From a virus, in the IMG/VR virus record IMGVR_UViG_3300037088_000361, positions 1 through 64,000 of that record: 64,000 bases of DNA; one strand, given 5' to 3'. Numbering within the stretch: the first letter of the stretch is position 1; each line of letters begins with the position of its first letter. The notes beneath the pieces are model-generated. The model was not told where the DNA came from and did no database searches. It saw nothing but the letters and a program-made list of their open reading frames with translations. The translations under genes were made by a program, and so were the position numbers. Of the stretch, positions 46,413 to 55,599 are shown one piece after another.

Positions 46413-46589
46413 TTATGGTTCAAAGGGGGCCTTTGCTGTTGAAGACTCATGCCATATTAACTTCGTTGTACAATCTGGGCAATATCTGTCAACTTCAAAA
46501 GCCACTTCTCCCACCTTATTTCCTTCTTTGTCTGTTGGGTTCTTGGTGTACTTGCAACTAAGACAATACCATGTGCCTACCAGTGTCAT
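46413..46589 (-). CDS. Small Zn-ribbon protein (58 aa, not in ORF track)
   Basis: GGAGGAG RBS; WYCLSC...YCPDC. Confidence 0.65.
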   Translation of the reverse strand: MTLVGTWYCLSCKYTKNPTDKEGNKVGEVAFEVDRYCPDCTTKLIWHESSTAKAPFEP

Positions 46590-46617
46590 AACTCCTCCGA
46601 CTTACTGAGATTTACTT

Positions 46618-47385
46618 TTATTCAAGAGACAATGGGACTGGAGTAGCCTTGAGCCTTTCTATCTCTGCTTTGAGGCGCTCAATCTCGTAAACATAGTCAG
46701 CAGCGACCCTTCGGTTGTTGGCCTGTTCTTTATCAGTTGTCCAGCGGATGTTCCCAGGCTCGTAGTTGCCGTTCTTGTTAGGGTAGCGGTCAAGGCTTAG
46801 CCCCTTAGCCCCCTCCCCTACATCCCTGAGGAAGTTATGGAAGCCGTCCTCGTTATTGTTCCATTGGGCACATACCCTGATTCCCCGTCCTCCATAGTGC
46901 TTCCACTCCTTGTGGTTGGGGTTCCTGCACCTGTCCCTCATGTTCATCCAAGCCCGCCAGGTCTTGGTGTTGCTCATCCCGTGCTTCTTCCTCTGGAAGC
47001 AGCAGCTTTTCAAGCCTTTTTTTCCTGTGACCTGATGGGTGGGAAGGCAGCACATACGGTTGCAGGCAAGGCATAGGCAGATGGACTGACGCCTGCCTTC
47101 CCTGTCTAGCTCATCCACATCCCAACCTATTATGATGTCTCCGAATCTTTGACCTGAGTAGTCCTGCCGATTTTCAATGTTTCTCCTAACCGTGGTTTCA
47201 CTCTTGAGACAGCCGCAGCTTTTAGTGTTCCCGTTGTTAAACTCGCAGGCTCCTACCGCAACCAGTTCAGGGTTTCCGCAGGAGCAGGAGCACATCCAGA
47301 TGGTCCTTGGTCCCCTGTTTTCGCCACGGTGCCTCACGGTGAGCTTTCCAGAGGTCTTGCCGGTCAAATCTATGAGCTTTGCCAT
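46618..47385 (-). CDS. HNH-type homing endonuclease
   Basis: IDLTGK..GKLTV, TKSCGC, WMNMRDRC.NP...YGGRGIRVC, SLDRYPNKNGNYEPGNIRW...QANNRR. Confidence 0.88.
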   Translation of the reverse strand: MAKLIDLTGKTSGKLTVRHRGENRGPRTIWMCSCSCGNPELVAVGACEFNNGNTKSCGCLKSETTVRRNIENRQDYSGQRFGDIIIGWDVDELDREGRRQSICLCLACNRMCCLPTHQVTGKKGLKSCCFQRKKHGMSNTKTWRAWMNMRDRCRNPNHKEWKHYGGRGIRVCAQWNNNEDGFHNFLRDVGEGAKGLSLDRYPNKNGNYEPGNIRWTTDKEQANNRRVAADYVYEIERLKAEIERLKATPVPLSLE

Positions 47386-47408
47386 AGTATCTCCTGTGAG
47401 TTTAGGAT

Positions 47409-48311
47409 TTAGGCTGCAACAGCCTCCTGAGACGGGACTGGAGTAGTGTGGCGGCCGCAAGTGCAGGGCTTGTTGCGGTTGATGTTCCAACGCTGGCAGT
47501 TGGTTATCGCTGTGGCTTTGGCGTGGGAAGCCTGCCATTTAGGGTCGGCGTGCATCTTAGCCAAGCCTGCGATGTGAGCAGCCCGCCATTCAGGGTCAGC
47601 GTGCGTCTTAGCCAAGGATGCTGCTTGAGAAGCCTTATATTCAGGGTCAGCGTGCATCTTAGCCATAGCTGCCGCGTGATTCTTCTGCCATTCAGGGTCA
47701 GCAGCATTCCTAGCTATGCCTGCGGCGTGTGCAGCTTTCCATTCAGGGGCGGCGTGCGTCTTGACCAAGGCTATGGCGTGATTCTTCTGCCATTCAGGGT
47801 CAGCATGCATCTTAGCCAAACGTGCGGCGTGCGCAGCCTTCCATTCAGGTCTAGAAGCACCCCTAGCTGCACCTGCGGCGTGTGCAGCTTTCCATTCAGG
47901 GTCAGCAGCATTCCTAGCTGCGCCTGCGGCTTGGGCATCCTTCCATCCCTGATATGCCGCTTCGTCGTCAAATACAACGAACGCCCGCATAAAGTTATAT
48001 CCCCTTCCACTCTCAGGCTGGAAGGTCTGCAGTTTGTCCATCCATTGGTTCTCAAGCTGGACCGCCAAGGTTAGTACTTCTGACTTCGTGTTTGCGGTGA
48101 CTGAATCGACTGTCTCAAGGCGGAAGCTATCCCTGCCCCGTGAGGCTATCTCACGGTCAAAAGGAATTTCGTTATCACGGCAATGGCGCTTGTCTCGGAA
48201 CTCAACATCCCAAGCGGAGCCGGTATACTCAGGCAAGCCCGTGATTATGCAGAAATAGCAGTAGATGAAGCGTGTTAAGGATTTGATGGTATCTGTAGTG
48301 GTTGTCATCAC
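47409..48311 (-). CDS. Divergent GIY-YIG-like homing endonuclease with 8 x 17-aa repeats
   Basis: FIYCY...EYTGS...E...GYN; ADPEWKAAHAAG-type repeats; C-terminal CQRWNINRNKPCTCGRH. Confidence 0.75.
   Translation of the reverse strand: MMTTTTDTIKSLTRFIYCYFCIITGLPEYTGSAWDVEFRDKRHCRDNEIPFDREIASRGRDSFRLETVDSVTANTKSEVLTLAVQLENQWMDKLQTFQPESGRGYNFMRAFVVFDDEAAYQGWKDAQAAGAARNAADPEWKAAHAAGAARGASRPEWKAAHAARLAKMHADPEWQKNHAIALVKTHAAPEWKAAHAAGIARNAADPEWQKNHAAAMAKMHADPEYKASQAASLAKTHADPEWRAAHIAGLAKMHADPKWQASHAKATAITNCQRWNINRNKPCTCGRHTTPVPSQEAVAA
47505..47908 (-). repeat. Intragenic 51-bp (17-aa) tandem repeat, ~8 copies
   Basis: cattcagggtcagc-like unit recurs every 51 nt. Confidence 0.9.
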
Positions 48312-48312
48312 C

Positions 48313-48324
48313 TATAGTATACAT
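48313..48324 (-). promoter_or_regulatory. Recurrent promoter element ATGTATACTATA, probably leaderless
   Basis: Same motif as 2053, directly before the start codon with no RBS. Confidence 0.55.
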
Positions 48325-48360
48325 CAGAATATGAGAATTTACCAAGAATTCTTATGGTGG

Positions 48361-51300
48361 CTAAAAAGAAAGCATAACACGATTCGGAATGTGGGGCTCA
48401 TAAGCGAAGGTATCGGAATCAAGAGCTTTGCCCACAACTACCACCCATTGACAGTCTTGGAGCACACTCCCCTCAAAATTTTGGGTAATCACACCTCCGA
48501 CGCCGACATATAAAAGACCACCAGGGGTCCAACCTGCGGCGGGGACTGAGAAGACTGACCCATATCCCGTCGCTATGGTCACGGGCTGTCCCGCCGTGAC
48601 GCTGGATAGGGTCACCCCGTCCACGAACGGATAGACATCATAGGGGAACGGGGGGGACAAGCTTGACGGATTAAAATTAACGGTCGTGGGGTCAATCGGT
48701 TCCACCTCCCCGTACTGGTCTACGAAGACCGCCGTGAGGGCTGGCATACTCACCTTGGCTGTCAGGGTCAGAGTTCCCCCGGAGGTGGGGGATGGTGGAA
48801 CAGGAGGTGTAACATCGGGTGATGACTGATATAGGACGGTGCTGAACATCGAGCCTGCGATGACGAACTGGTCATCTGACAGGTTGTGAGTCGCTATCAC
48901 AGTGAGGATATCCCCTTCGTTGAGGTTTACGGTGTCCCCGAACGGCAGGTTGACGGGTCCTGCTTGTAGTGGGGTGGACGCCGTGATGATGGCAACAGGG
49001 GATGGTGGGGAGCCGGAAATCGGGGTAAGGTAAACAGTGACAGTGCGGACCCCCGCTTCACCCCCGCCAATCGGTGGACTGCCGGGACCGCTAAAATTGA
49101 TTTGTCCACTGACCGCATACGCCCCGGTCGCCTGTATGGTAAAGGTGCTCGTGGTGGTGACGTAATTAGTTTGGTCAAAATCGATTTTGTCAAAGCTCAC
49201 TACCGCTCCTCCTCCCGGAGGGCTTACGGTATTGGGCAGGACATCAGTGATATCATTTACAGATTCCACTTGGAACCCGAAGTTGGATGCTGACTGCGCC
49301 TGCTGTTGAGCCAAAGATATAGCATTGTCAAACTCACCCTGGATAACGGTCGAGTACACCATCAAACTAGCGGCCGACATATTGCACTGTAGCATCGCCG
49401 CCTGCACAGGGATGGGTAACACCTGTATGTCAGGGCGGGACAAAAATGCGACCGGGTCAAAGCTCGTTCCTGTCCATCCGCTGGCCGCAGGTGTCGTCGT
49501 GGTGTTGGAAGTATAGACCACGACAGGGACGGTCGAGAACGGGAGCAGGGGGAATCCCGGTACCCATGTGCGGTTACGGCTGGCGGTGTCCACCTGTATG
49601 GCGCTGAAAATGGTCAGGTCGCCGAGCGGGTCGATGGCGGAGTCCAAGGACAGGGGGTAGGCGGACACAATGCCGACAAGATAGGGGTCCTGCACGAGGA
49701 GCGCCTGCAGGTTGCCGTTGAACTCCCTCCAGAACTGGCTGAACCTGTCCACTACCGTGGCTATAGCAAACTGGTCATAGGTGTAGCGGTATTGTGGCTG
49801 CGGACTTTGGTATGTGGTGTCAAGCAAAATCCTAGCCGCTGCTGTAGTGATGACCTGCTGGAGATTATTGGTGAGGGCGGACGGGAATGTGCAGGACACT
49901 GGATAAGTCGCCAACCCTTCCCCGAGGACGATAGTCGTCGTCTCGGTCTTGACGATGTTTAGCATCGCATAGTCGAGGTCCGTTCCCGTGAATGTGCCCA
50001 CATAGTTGTTGTCGGCATATCCGTCCCATGTGGTATTACGGATGTAGCCCAGCATTGCCGCCTCGACATACGATAGCTTCCACAGGGCATTCCCCTGCTC
50101 CTCGGTGGGAACAGGAGGAGAACTGGGTGGAGATAGCGTGATGATGAACGGCAGCCCAGTTGGACCAGCAGTAAGTGTATCCCCCGGCAAAACACGATTC
50201 CATGGCACGGGGGTGGTGCTGAGGTAGTCCACGGACGGCTGCACGAAGGTTTGATATGCATCATCAAAACTTGGCAACCATTGTCCCTGCCTGCCGGTGC
50301 CACTTGGATTGTTGCGTGCCCCGCTGACATAGTAGAGCCACGCCGCCGTCAGGTTGGGCTCGAAGTTGCTGGAGACCACCTGACCGAGGGTGACATACCT
50401 TGCAAGGTCCTTGCGGAGGGTTGCCGGGACTTGGGTGGTGACATCAGGGAGAAGACCGGGGATGGTGCTTAGGATGTTCGCCGCATAGGTCTGCGGGGGC
50501 ATCTGGTAATCGCTGATGATGGTATTGGGGTCGGGCAAACTACCCTGCATCGAGGTAAACGGGTTGAAGGTGCCAGATACCTGCTCGGTAACCGGGGGAG
50601 ACCCACTGGTCACGGGATAAGTATAGGACGGGTCCACGGTATAATAGGGGACATCCGTTGTGGTCTGCATCTTCTGGAAGAAGGGACCGCTGCTGAGGTT
50701 AACCCCAGTATTGGGGATGATGCCGCCAAGCGGTGGGACGATAGGCGGTGCCCCATAGGTCAGCCCGTTGTAGGAGTTCACGGTCGAGGGGTAGTTTTGA
50801 AGCACATTCACATTAGGCAGGTGGATGTTGCACTGCTTGAAGGCGAAGTTAAAATCGAAGTTCGGGTGTGGGATGAAGGACGCCAGCGGGAAGAAGTTGA
50901 ACCCGTTCCAGTTCCAGATGTTGTCTGAGAAGAGATTGGGGATGGCCGGGAGGTCCGGGATGCCCCAATTGCATATGTCGTGGAGCAAGGAGGCAATGGC
51001 GTTGAGGTTCTCCTGAATCATCGCCAAGATGTTCGCCTCCATAGACTGGAGGATACCGATGTTCTTGGTGAGTGCTGAGATAAGTTGGATGATGTTCCGC
51101 TGGAATGCGGAGACCTGCTGCATAAAGCTTATGATGTCGTAGCCAAACTTAAGGCTGCGGATAGGGTTGTCAAACTTTCCGTCCGTCCCTAGCTTCACAT
51201 GGTTGAAAAGTGACTGTATATGGTCGAGGGCGTGCTTCTTCTCCTCCATCAACCAGTTGTTGGCGTCAGTGATGGACTTCTGCATCTCCCTGCCGTCCTC

Positions 51301-51420
51301 AAGGGCAGAGTGATAGAAGGTTTCCACCCGCTGGTCCCCGAGGGGATGCCAGTTGGTGACTGCCTTCTTCGCCCGAATTGGCCAAGTCAAACTAGCTTGT
51401 AGATTAGGAGGTAGTCCCAT
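48361..51420 (-). CDS. Large virion structural protein with C1q-like/fibre-type C-terminal region
   Basis: VSFDKIDFD...FTIQATGAYAVSGQINF...VNLNEGD.L; C-terminal WTPGGLLYVGVGG.ITQ...VGKAL. Confidence 0.75.
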   Translation of the reverse strand: MGLPPNLQASLTWPIRAKKAVTNWHPLGDQRVETFYHSALEDGREMQKSITDANNWLMEEKKHALDHIQSLFNHVKLGTDGKFDNPIRSLKFGYDIISFMQQVSAFQRNIIQLISALTKNIGILQSMEANILAMIQENLNAIASLLHDICNWGIPDLPAIPNLFSDNIWNWNGFNFFPLASFIPHPNFDFNFAFKQCNIHLPNVNVLQNYPSTVNSYNGLTYGAPPIVPPLGGIIPNTGVNLSSGPFFQKMQTTTDVPYYTVDPSYTYPVTSGSPPVTEQVSGTFNPFTSMQGSLPDPNTIISDYQMPPQTYAANILSTIPGLLPDVTTQVPATLRKDLARYVTLGQVVSSNFEPNLTAAWLYYVSGARNNPSGTGRQGQWLPSFDDAYQTFVQPSVDYLSTTPVPWNRVLPGDTLTAGPTGLPFIITLSPPSSPPVPTEEQGNALWKLSYVEAAMLGYIRNTTWDGYADNNYVGTFTGTDLDYAMLNIVKTETTTIVLGEGLATYPVSCTFPSALTNNLQQVITTAAARILLDTTYQSPQPQYRYTYDQFAIATVVDRFSQFWREFNGNLQALLVQDPYLVGIVSAYPLSLDSAIDPLGDLTIFSAIQVDTASRNRTWVPGFPLLPFSTVPVVVYTSNTTTTPAASGWTGTSFDPVAFLSRPDIQVLPIPVQAAMLQCNMSAASLMVYSTVIQGEFDNAISLAQQQAQSASNFGFQVESVNDITDVLPNTVSPPGGGAVVSFDKIDFDQTNYVTTTSTFTIQATGAYAVSGQINFSGPGSPPIGGGEAGVRTVTVYLTPISGSPPSPVAIITASTPLQAGPVNLPFGDTVNLNEGDILTVIATHNLSDDQFVIAGSMFSTVLYQSSPDVTPPVPPSPTSGGTLTLTAKVSMPALTAVFVDQYGEVEPIDPTTVNFNPSSLSPPFPYDVYPFVDGVTLSSVTAGQPVTIATGYGSVFSVPAAGWTPGGLLYVGVGGVITQNFEGSVLQDCQWVVVVGKALDSDTFAYEPHIPNRVMLSF

Positions 51421-51748
51421 AAGTTGTTTTTCCTACAACCACCACGGGTCCGACATTGGGTGCCTCATCCGTTTTCTTGTCAATCTCAAGGAATTCCCTG
51501 AGCTTGTCAAAAACTTGTTTTTTCCCGGCATTCCTGCCTGTTTCCCATATGTTTTCATACCCCTCCTTGCCAGGAGAATACCAATACACGGCGCTTCTCA
51601 CCGCCTCATCCATCTGATAGCAGGCTAGACAATCATCCACAGAACAGGCTGGGTGTACTTTAACCTGCCTAAGACAAGCATAAGGATGCGGAGGAACAGC
51701 ATGACAGATGCTTGGCGGGAGCGGTTTTAACAACTTTGAGTCGCTCAT
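51404..51748 (-). CDS. Hypothetical protein
   Basis: AAGGA RBS; overlaps the next start. Confidence 0.55.
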   Translation of the reverse strand: MSDSKLLKPLPPSICHAVPPHPYACLRQVKVHPACSVDDCLACYQMDEAVRSAVYWYSPGKEGYENIWETGRNAGKKQVFDKLREFLEIDKKTDEAPNVGPVVVVGKTTYGTTS

Positions 51749-51788
51749 TGCTTAAATCCTTTCACACAGCTAAACATTTATTTATCTA

Positions 51789-52079
51789 TCATTCTAATAG
51801 TCCATCCATCATCCTCCAACCTAAAGTGGGTGAGCCTGAGAAATAAAACCTCTCAGTGTGTGGGACGACCTTCCTATTTTTCAGCATATGGGCTTCCACG
51901 TATGCTCTCTCTTTTTTCCCCCATAGAAAAATACCAACATTCAAATGGCTTTTTGTATAAGGGTCAAACGTGAGTAAGTATATTGGTTGATTATCCCGTT
52001 TAGGCGGTTTACCGGCATTCCACCACCTGCCCAAACATTTGAATACGGTAGTTTTTATCATAAGTTTACTTGTTGTCAA
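51789..52079 (-). CDS. Small hypothetical protein (AT-rich island)
   Basis: Co-oriented ORF; start uncertain. Confidence 0.45.
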   Translation of the reverse strand: MTTSKLMIKTTVFKCLGRWWNAGKPPKRDNQPIYLLTFDPYTKSHLNVGIFLWGKKERAYVEAHMLKNRKVVPHTERFYFSGSPTLGWRMMDGLLE

Positions 52080-52217
52080 CTAGCGATATTTGGTAGATTC
52101 CTTGCAATTTTTGACTCCTCTACACTAATACCCATTACCTAAGTAGCATTAATATAGTCAACGATGTAGACTCCACTGCGTGCTAGTTTGATAAATGCTA
52201 TCGCTAGCTTTAATACT

Positions 52218-52430
52218 TTACGGTCGTTGATATGACTTTTTACCCTTTGTTTGATTTTTTTTCTCACAATAATCCTCCTTAAACACAGAAGCAAGGGCAG
52301 TGCTGACAGATAAGTCGTGAACTTTAGAGTTTTTCTCAAAAATCTCTAAATCAGAACCTAGACGGGCTTCAGCTTGCTTTATCTGTCCTGTCAACATCCG
52401 AATTTTCCTTTTCAAGTTTTTTATAGCCAT
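52218..52430 (-). CDS. Small basic hypothetical protein
   Basis: AGGAGG RBS. Confidence 0.5.
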   Translation of the reverse strand: MAIKNLKRKIRMLTGQIKQAEARLGSDLEIFEKNSKVHDLSVSTALASVFKEDYCEKKNQTKGKKSYQRP

Positions 52431-52441
52431 AAATACCCTCC

Positions 52442-52705
52442 TTACAACCGATTATCAATCGCCAGCAACAGGTCCGCCTCTTTGGACCTGTCTTGGTGAA
52501 TTTCCAAATACATCGAGCACATGCAGGATTTTTTGGTTCCCAACTTTACGACGGTAACTGAAGGCTTTCCACATACCGTTGACGTACTTTCAAACCCTCC
52601 TACCGACCCGGTGTAGTCTATAAAGGCACCAAATTGGTTGCTACCCTCCCTTACTTGGCATGTTTTAGTCACCTTACTTGCCTCCTTCTTGATTTCACTT
52701 CCCAT
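52442..52705 (-). CDS. Small Cys-containing hypothetical protein
   Basis: GGGGGAAG RBS. Confidence 0.5.
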   Translation of the reverse strand: MGSEIKKEASKVTKTCQVREGSNQFGAFIDYTGSVGGFESTSTVCGKPSVTVVKLGTKKSCMCSMYLEIHQDRSKEADLLLAIDNRL

Positions 52706-52745
52706 AGAAACTTCCCCCCTTCAAAAAAGTCTATGTTTACCACAA

Positions 52746-52991
52746 TCACCTCTCTTTGCAATAATTCATAGGTTTTATCTTCAAACCCGTTTCGGGAAGG
52801 AGAGATAGTAAATCCCTCACATAAGAGAAGTTGCTAACCGTATGCACCGCACCCAAACGACCAACAACAGTGCCGCCTTCCTTGTGAAGCCATTTGCCAG
52901 CAACAGACTCCTTTCGTCTACTCAAAAGTCGTCCATAAACTTCATGTCTGCAACGGACACAAGTCCCTAGTACATAGGGTACCATCTTCAT
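52746..52991 (-). CDS. Small hypothetical protein
   Basis: GAGGAGG RBS; CxxC. Confidence 0.55.
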   Translation of the reverse strand: MKMVPYVLGTCVRCRHEVYGRLLSRRKESVAGKWLHKEGGTVVGRLGAVHTVSNFSYVRDLLSLLPETGLKIKPMNYCKER

Positions 52992-53018
52992 TTTTGTACC
53001 TCCTCGTAAGTGCGGAGC

Positions 53019-53222
53019 TTATTTATCTTTCGGCCAATCCTCATATGCATTGAGAAAGGCAAATTTGCGCTCTTCCCGTATGCCTGTTTCTGGATGAGGA
53101 AACTCAAGAACAGCACTCACTGGGTTTCCCTCTTTGTCTGTTTCTATATTGATGATTTTCTGTTCATAGGTACCGTGCTTAACCCCATTTTCATCTGCTA
53201 CTAAGTCTTTTAATTTGTCCAT
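53019..53222 (-). CDS. Small hypothetical protein
   Basis: GAGGGG RBS. Confidence 0.55.
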   Translation of the reverse strand: MDKLKDLVADENGVKHGTYEQKIINIETDKEGNPVSAVLEFPHPETGIREERKFAFLNAYEDWPKDK

Positions 53223-53260
53223 GTCCCCTCCTATTCGGAATAATACTACCTTAGGCAGAT

Positions 53261-55597
53261 TTAATACCCTGTTTTCTGCATAACCGTAGTTCCCGAGTTA
53301 TTGAGAATCTGCGGCGAGTTTACAACATGCGCCGACAGAGCCGTGTGGTTGATATTTTGCGCCGTGACCACATGGTCCAACTTAGTGATGTGCCTGAAGT
53401 TCTTGCATTCTAATATAAAATCTCCGGTCACATGTTGGTGGAGATTTCCGTGGACCATCCAGTCAACATCTCCAGTGATTTCAAGGCGCAGTCCCTTCTT
53501 GGCACTGCTCTGCCCGACCGTAAGCTCAATTCCCCCTTCAAGAGAGCCGGTCAACGACCTTCCTTGCTTATCCTTCCCTGCCGCCAGCACGATTCCCCCG
53601 TCCAAGTCAAGCAGGAGTGATTGCCCCGAGGATGGGTTCTTCCCGATGCGCAAGAGGACATCCCGCACAGCGTGGAGGTCCAAGGACATACCGTGGGCGT
53701 CCATACTAGGGAGCACAGGGTTGCCCATCCAAGAGTTGTACGGCACCATATTCAATGTTGGTTGACCCGCTGTTGTGAGGTCGTGAAACTGATAGGAAGC
53801 GTCCCCGGCCGCATACGCCTGCCGTCCGGGGCTGTGGGAGTTCGGTGTGCTCAGATCAAACTGGATTCCCTGCGGGTCGGAGTATCCGTTCTTCAGATGA
53901 CGGCGGCGGACTGGGACGCTAAGGGTGGAATTGTCCGCCCTTGCTCCCAAGCGGGCTACAACTGCCCCATCCGTGGCCATCCTTATGCTGACCCGCTCCA
54001 TCCCTGTCTTGTTGGCCAGATTACCGGGGTCACCCAGTCCGAACTTGGGGGATGCCCAATATTGCAGCGTCCGCTGCTGGGAAGCATCCTTGCTGCCCCG
54101 TATCTGGGTCTTCACAGACCTCCCTGCATCTGGCAGGCTAGTATCGTCACACCCGAACCGCAATACAGACTGCCCGAGTGCCTGCAGGTCAATGGCGTCC
54201 TCTTCGTCTCGGTTCTTCCCCACAACCAGCTTGAGGCTTCCCACGAGGTGTCCCTCGACGCTCCTGCCCGCTCCATGGGGATGCTCGTAGGCATTCACCG
54301 GGAGGAACTGGATGTTCTCCTTGGGCATCGTGCTGCCAACCTCGAAGGTAAGCATACCCTCCTTGGAGACATCCCAGCGGGTGGTGTTGTACTCGCTCGG
54401 AAAACGGACAGAGTGGCAGGAAGCAGCCAACCTAGCTTCGATATGGTCGGGCTCGGTGTCGGTGACGGGCATATAGCCGCTTGTGAAGTCCGCCCCGAAG
54501 CGCCCGCTGGTAGGCGTCGCCAGCCCGGTCAAGGGCGAGAGCACGGGCTTAAGGACCTGCCCATAGGTAAGCTTGTCAAAGCGGTTGAATCCAACAAGAG
54601 TGCCTTCGCTGCGCTCAAGGATGAACCCCTTGCGCAGAGGCGTTGGTCCCTCGTTAAGCGTGGGACCAAGCGCATGTTTCGCTGGGTCGGTGGGGTGGTC
54701 AAACTCCTGGGTTGCAAAATAGGTCGTGTTATCGACCTTGAAGTTTCCCTGTGTGGTTATAGTCGTCCGGGTCCACGGATTCTGCGTGGTGCCAAGGATG
54801 CTGTCGAGCAAGTCGGTCTGCAATACTTCCGAGGGAAGGGGATAATCTAGGGCGAACTCCTGCACACGGGTGGTGTTCTCAGAGAACGGGAGGACATCGG
54901 GCTTACCACTGACATAGCGGTCGGTCAAGACTGCCTTTGGCTGGAGATAGAGAGTCCATTCACGGGAGGCGTCAGGAAGAACAGACGGGGTGATGTTGGG
55001 GGCGTCAGGGCGGACGACCGGTCCCTTGAAGGTCATCCCGGCGTCGGAATACCCGACTTGTCGGGAGGTGATGGTGCTCCAGGTGCGGCTGTCTGGGTCT
55101 ACATTCTCACGGTCGAACGCCGACGAAGCCTTGTCCCATCCGGGATTAACCCGCTCTGTGTATCCCTGTGAGTAGGAGGCGGTATGCTGGCCAGGGTAGG
55201 CCTTGCGGTAGTTTCCACGCTTTCGTTCATTAAGTCCCGAGACACCTGGCAGCTCCCGCATGGCAACGCTGTCCCTTGCCCTGACAATGTGTGACATCGC
55301 CCAGCCAATTATGGCCACCTGGGAGTGTCCACCATAGTAGAAAAGTGGAACGCACAGGCAGGTGCCTCCCCGTTCCGGCATATAAACATCCGTGGATTCA
55401 AAGGAACTGGAGACACAGGGAATGACCGCTACCTCAGTGTGGATGACCTTGCTGCGGGTGTCCATCACCGTGCATACCTGCCGCTCGTAGTCCACAGTCT
55501 GGACCGTGCCGAGGAACACTTGGAACTGCTCCGACTCCCTCGTCGGGACCAAGGGGGGTTCTTTGTAGAGATGCGTGGTGCCGCCAGGAAATGACAT
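53261..55597 (-). CDS. Baseplate central spike (gp5/VgrG-like)
   Basis: N-terminal OB-fold-like GTVQTVDYE...YMPERG..C; C-terminal beta repeats ITGDVDWMVHGNLHQHVTGD; position after the hub gene. Confidence 0.75.
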   Translation of the reverse strand: MSFPGGTTHLYKEPPLVPTRESEQFQVFLGTVQTVDYERQVCTVMDTRSKVIHTEVAVIPCVSSSFESTDVYMPERGGTCLCVPLFYYGGHSQVAIIGWAMSHIVRARDSVAMRELPGVSGLNERKRGNYRKAYPGQHTASYSQGYTERVNPGWDKASSAFDRENVDPDSRTWSTITSRQVGYSDAGMTFKGPVVRPDAPNITPSVLPDASREWTLYLQPKAVLTDRYVSGKPDVLPFSENTTRVQEFALDYPLPSEVLQTDLLDSILGTTQNPWTRTTITTQGNFKVDNTTYFATQEFDHPTDPAKHALGPTLNEGPTPLRKGFILERSEGTLVGFNRFDKLTYGQVLKPVLSPLTGLATPTSGRFGADFTSGYMPVTDTEPDHIEARLAASCHSVRFPSEYNTTRWDVSKEGMLTFEVGSTMPKENIQFLPVNAYEHPHGAGRSVEGHLVGSLKLVVGKNRDEEDAIDLQALGQSVLRFGCDDTSLPDAGRSVKTQIRGSKDASQQRTLQYWASPKFGLGDPGNLANKTGMERVSIRMATDGAVVARLGARADNSTLSVPVRRRHLKNGYSDPQGIQFDLSTPNSHSPGRQAYAAGDASYQFHDLTTAGQPTLNMVPYNSWMGNPVLPSMDAHGMSLDLHAVRDVLLRIGKNPSSGQSLLLDLDGGIVLAAGKDKQGRSLTGSLEGGIELTVGQSSAKKGLRLEITGDVDWMVHGNLHQHVTGDFILECKNFRHITKLDHVVTAQNINHTALSAHVVNSPQILNNSGTTVMQKTGY

Positions 55598-55599
55598 AT

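Noticed and set aside
46465-46492. TTGACA-N16-TACAAC promoter or riboswitch upstream of the RlpA-like gene
   Set aside because: Lies inside a well-supported Zn-ribbon ORF; no c-di-AMP or c-di-GMP riboswitch consensus visible.
53621-54850. Long plus-strand ORFs antisense to structural genes (e.g. 409 aa)
   Set aside because: Shadow frames from GC3-biased codon usage; no RBS or motifs.
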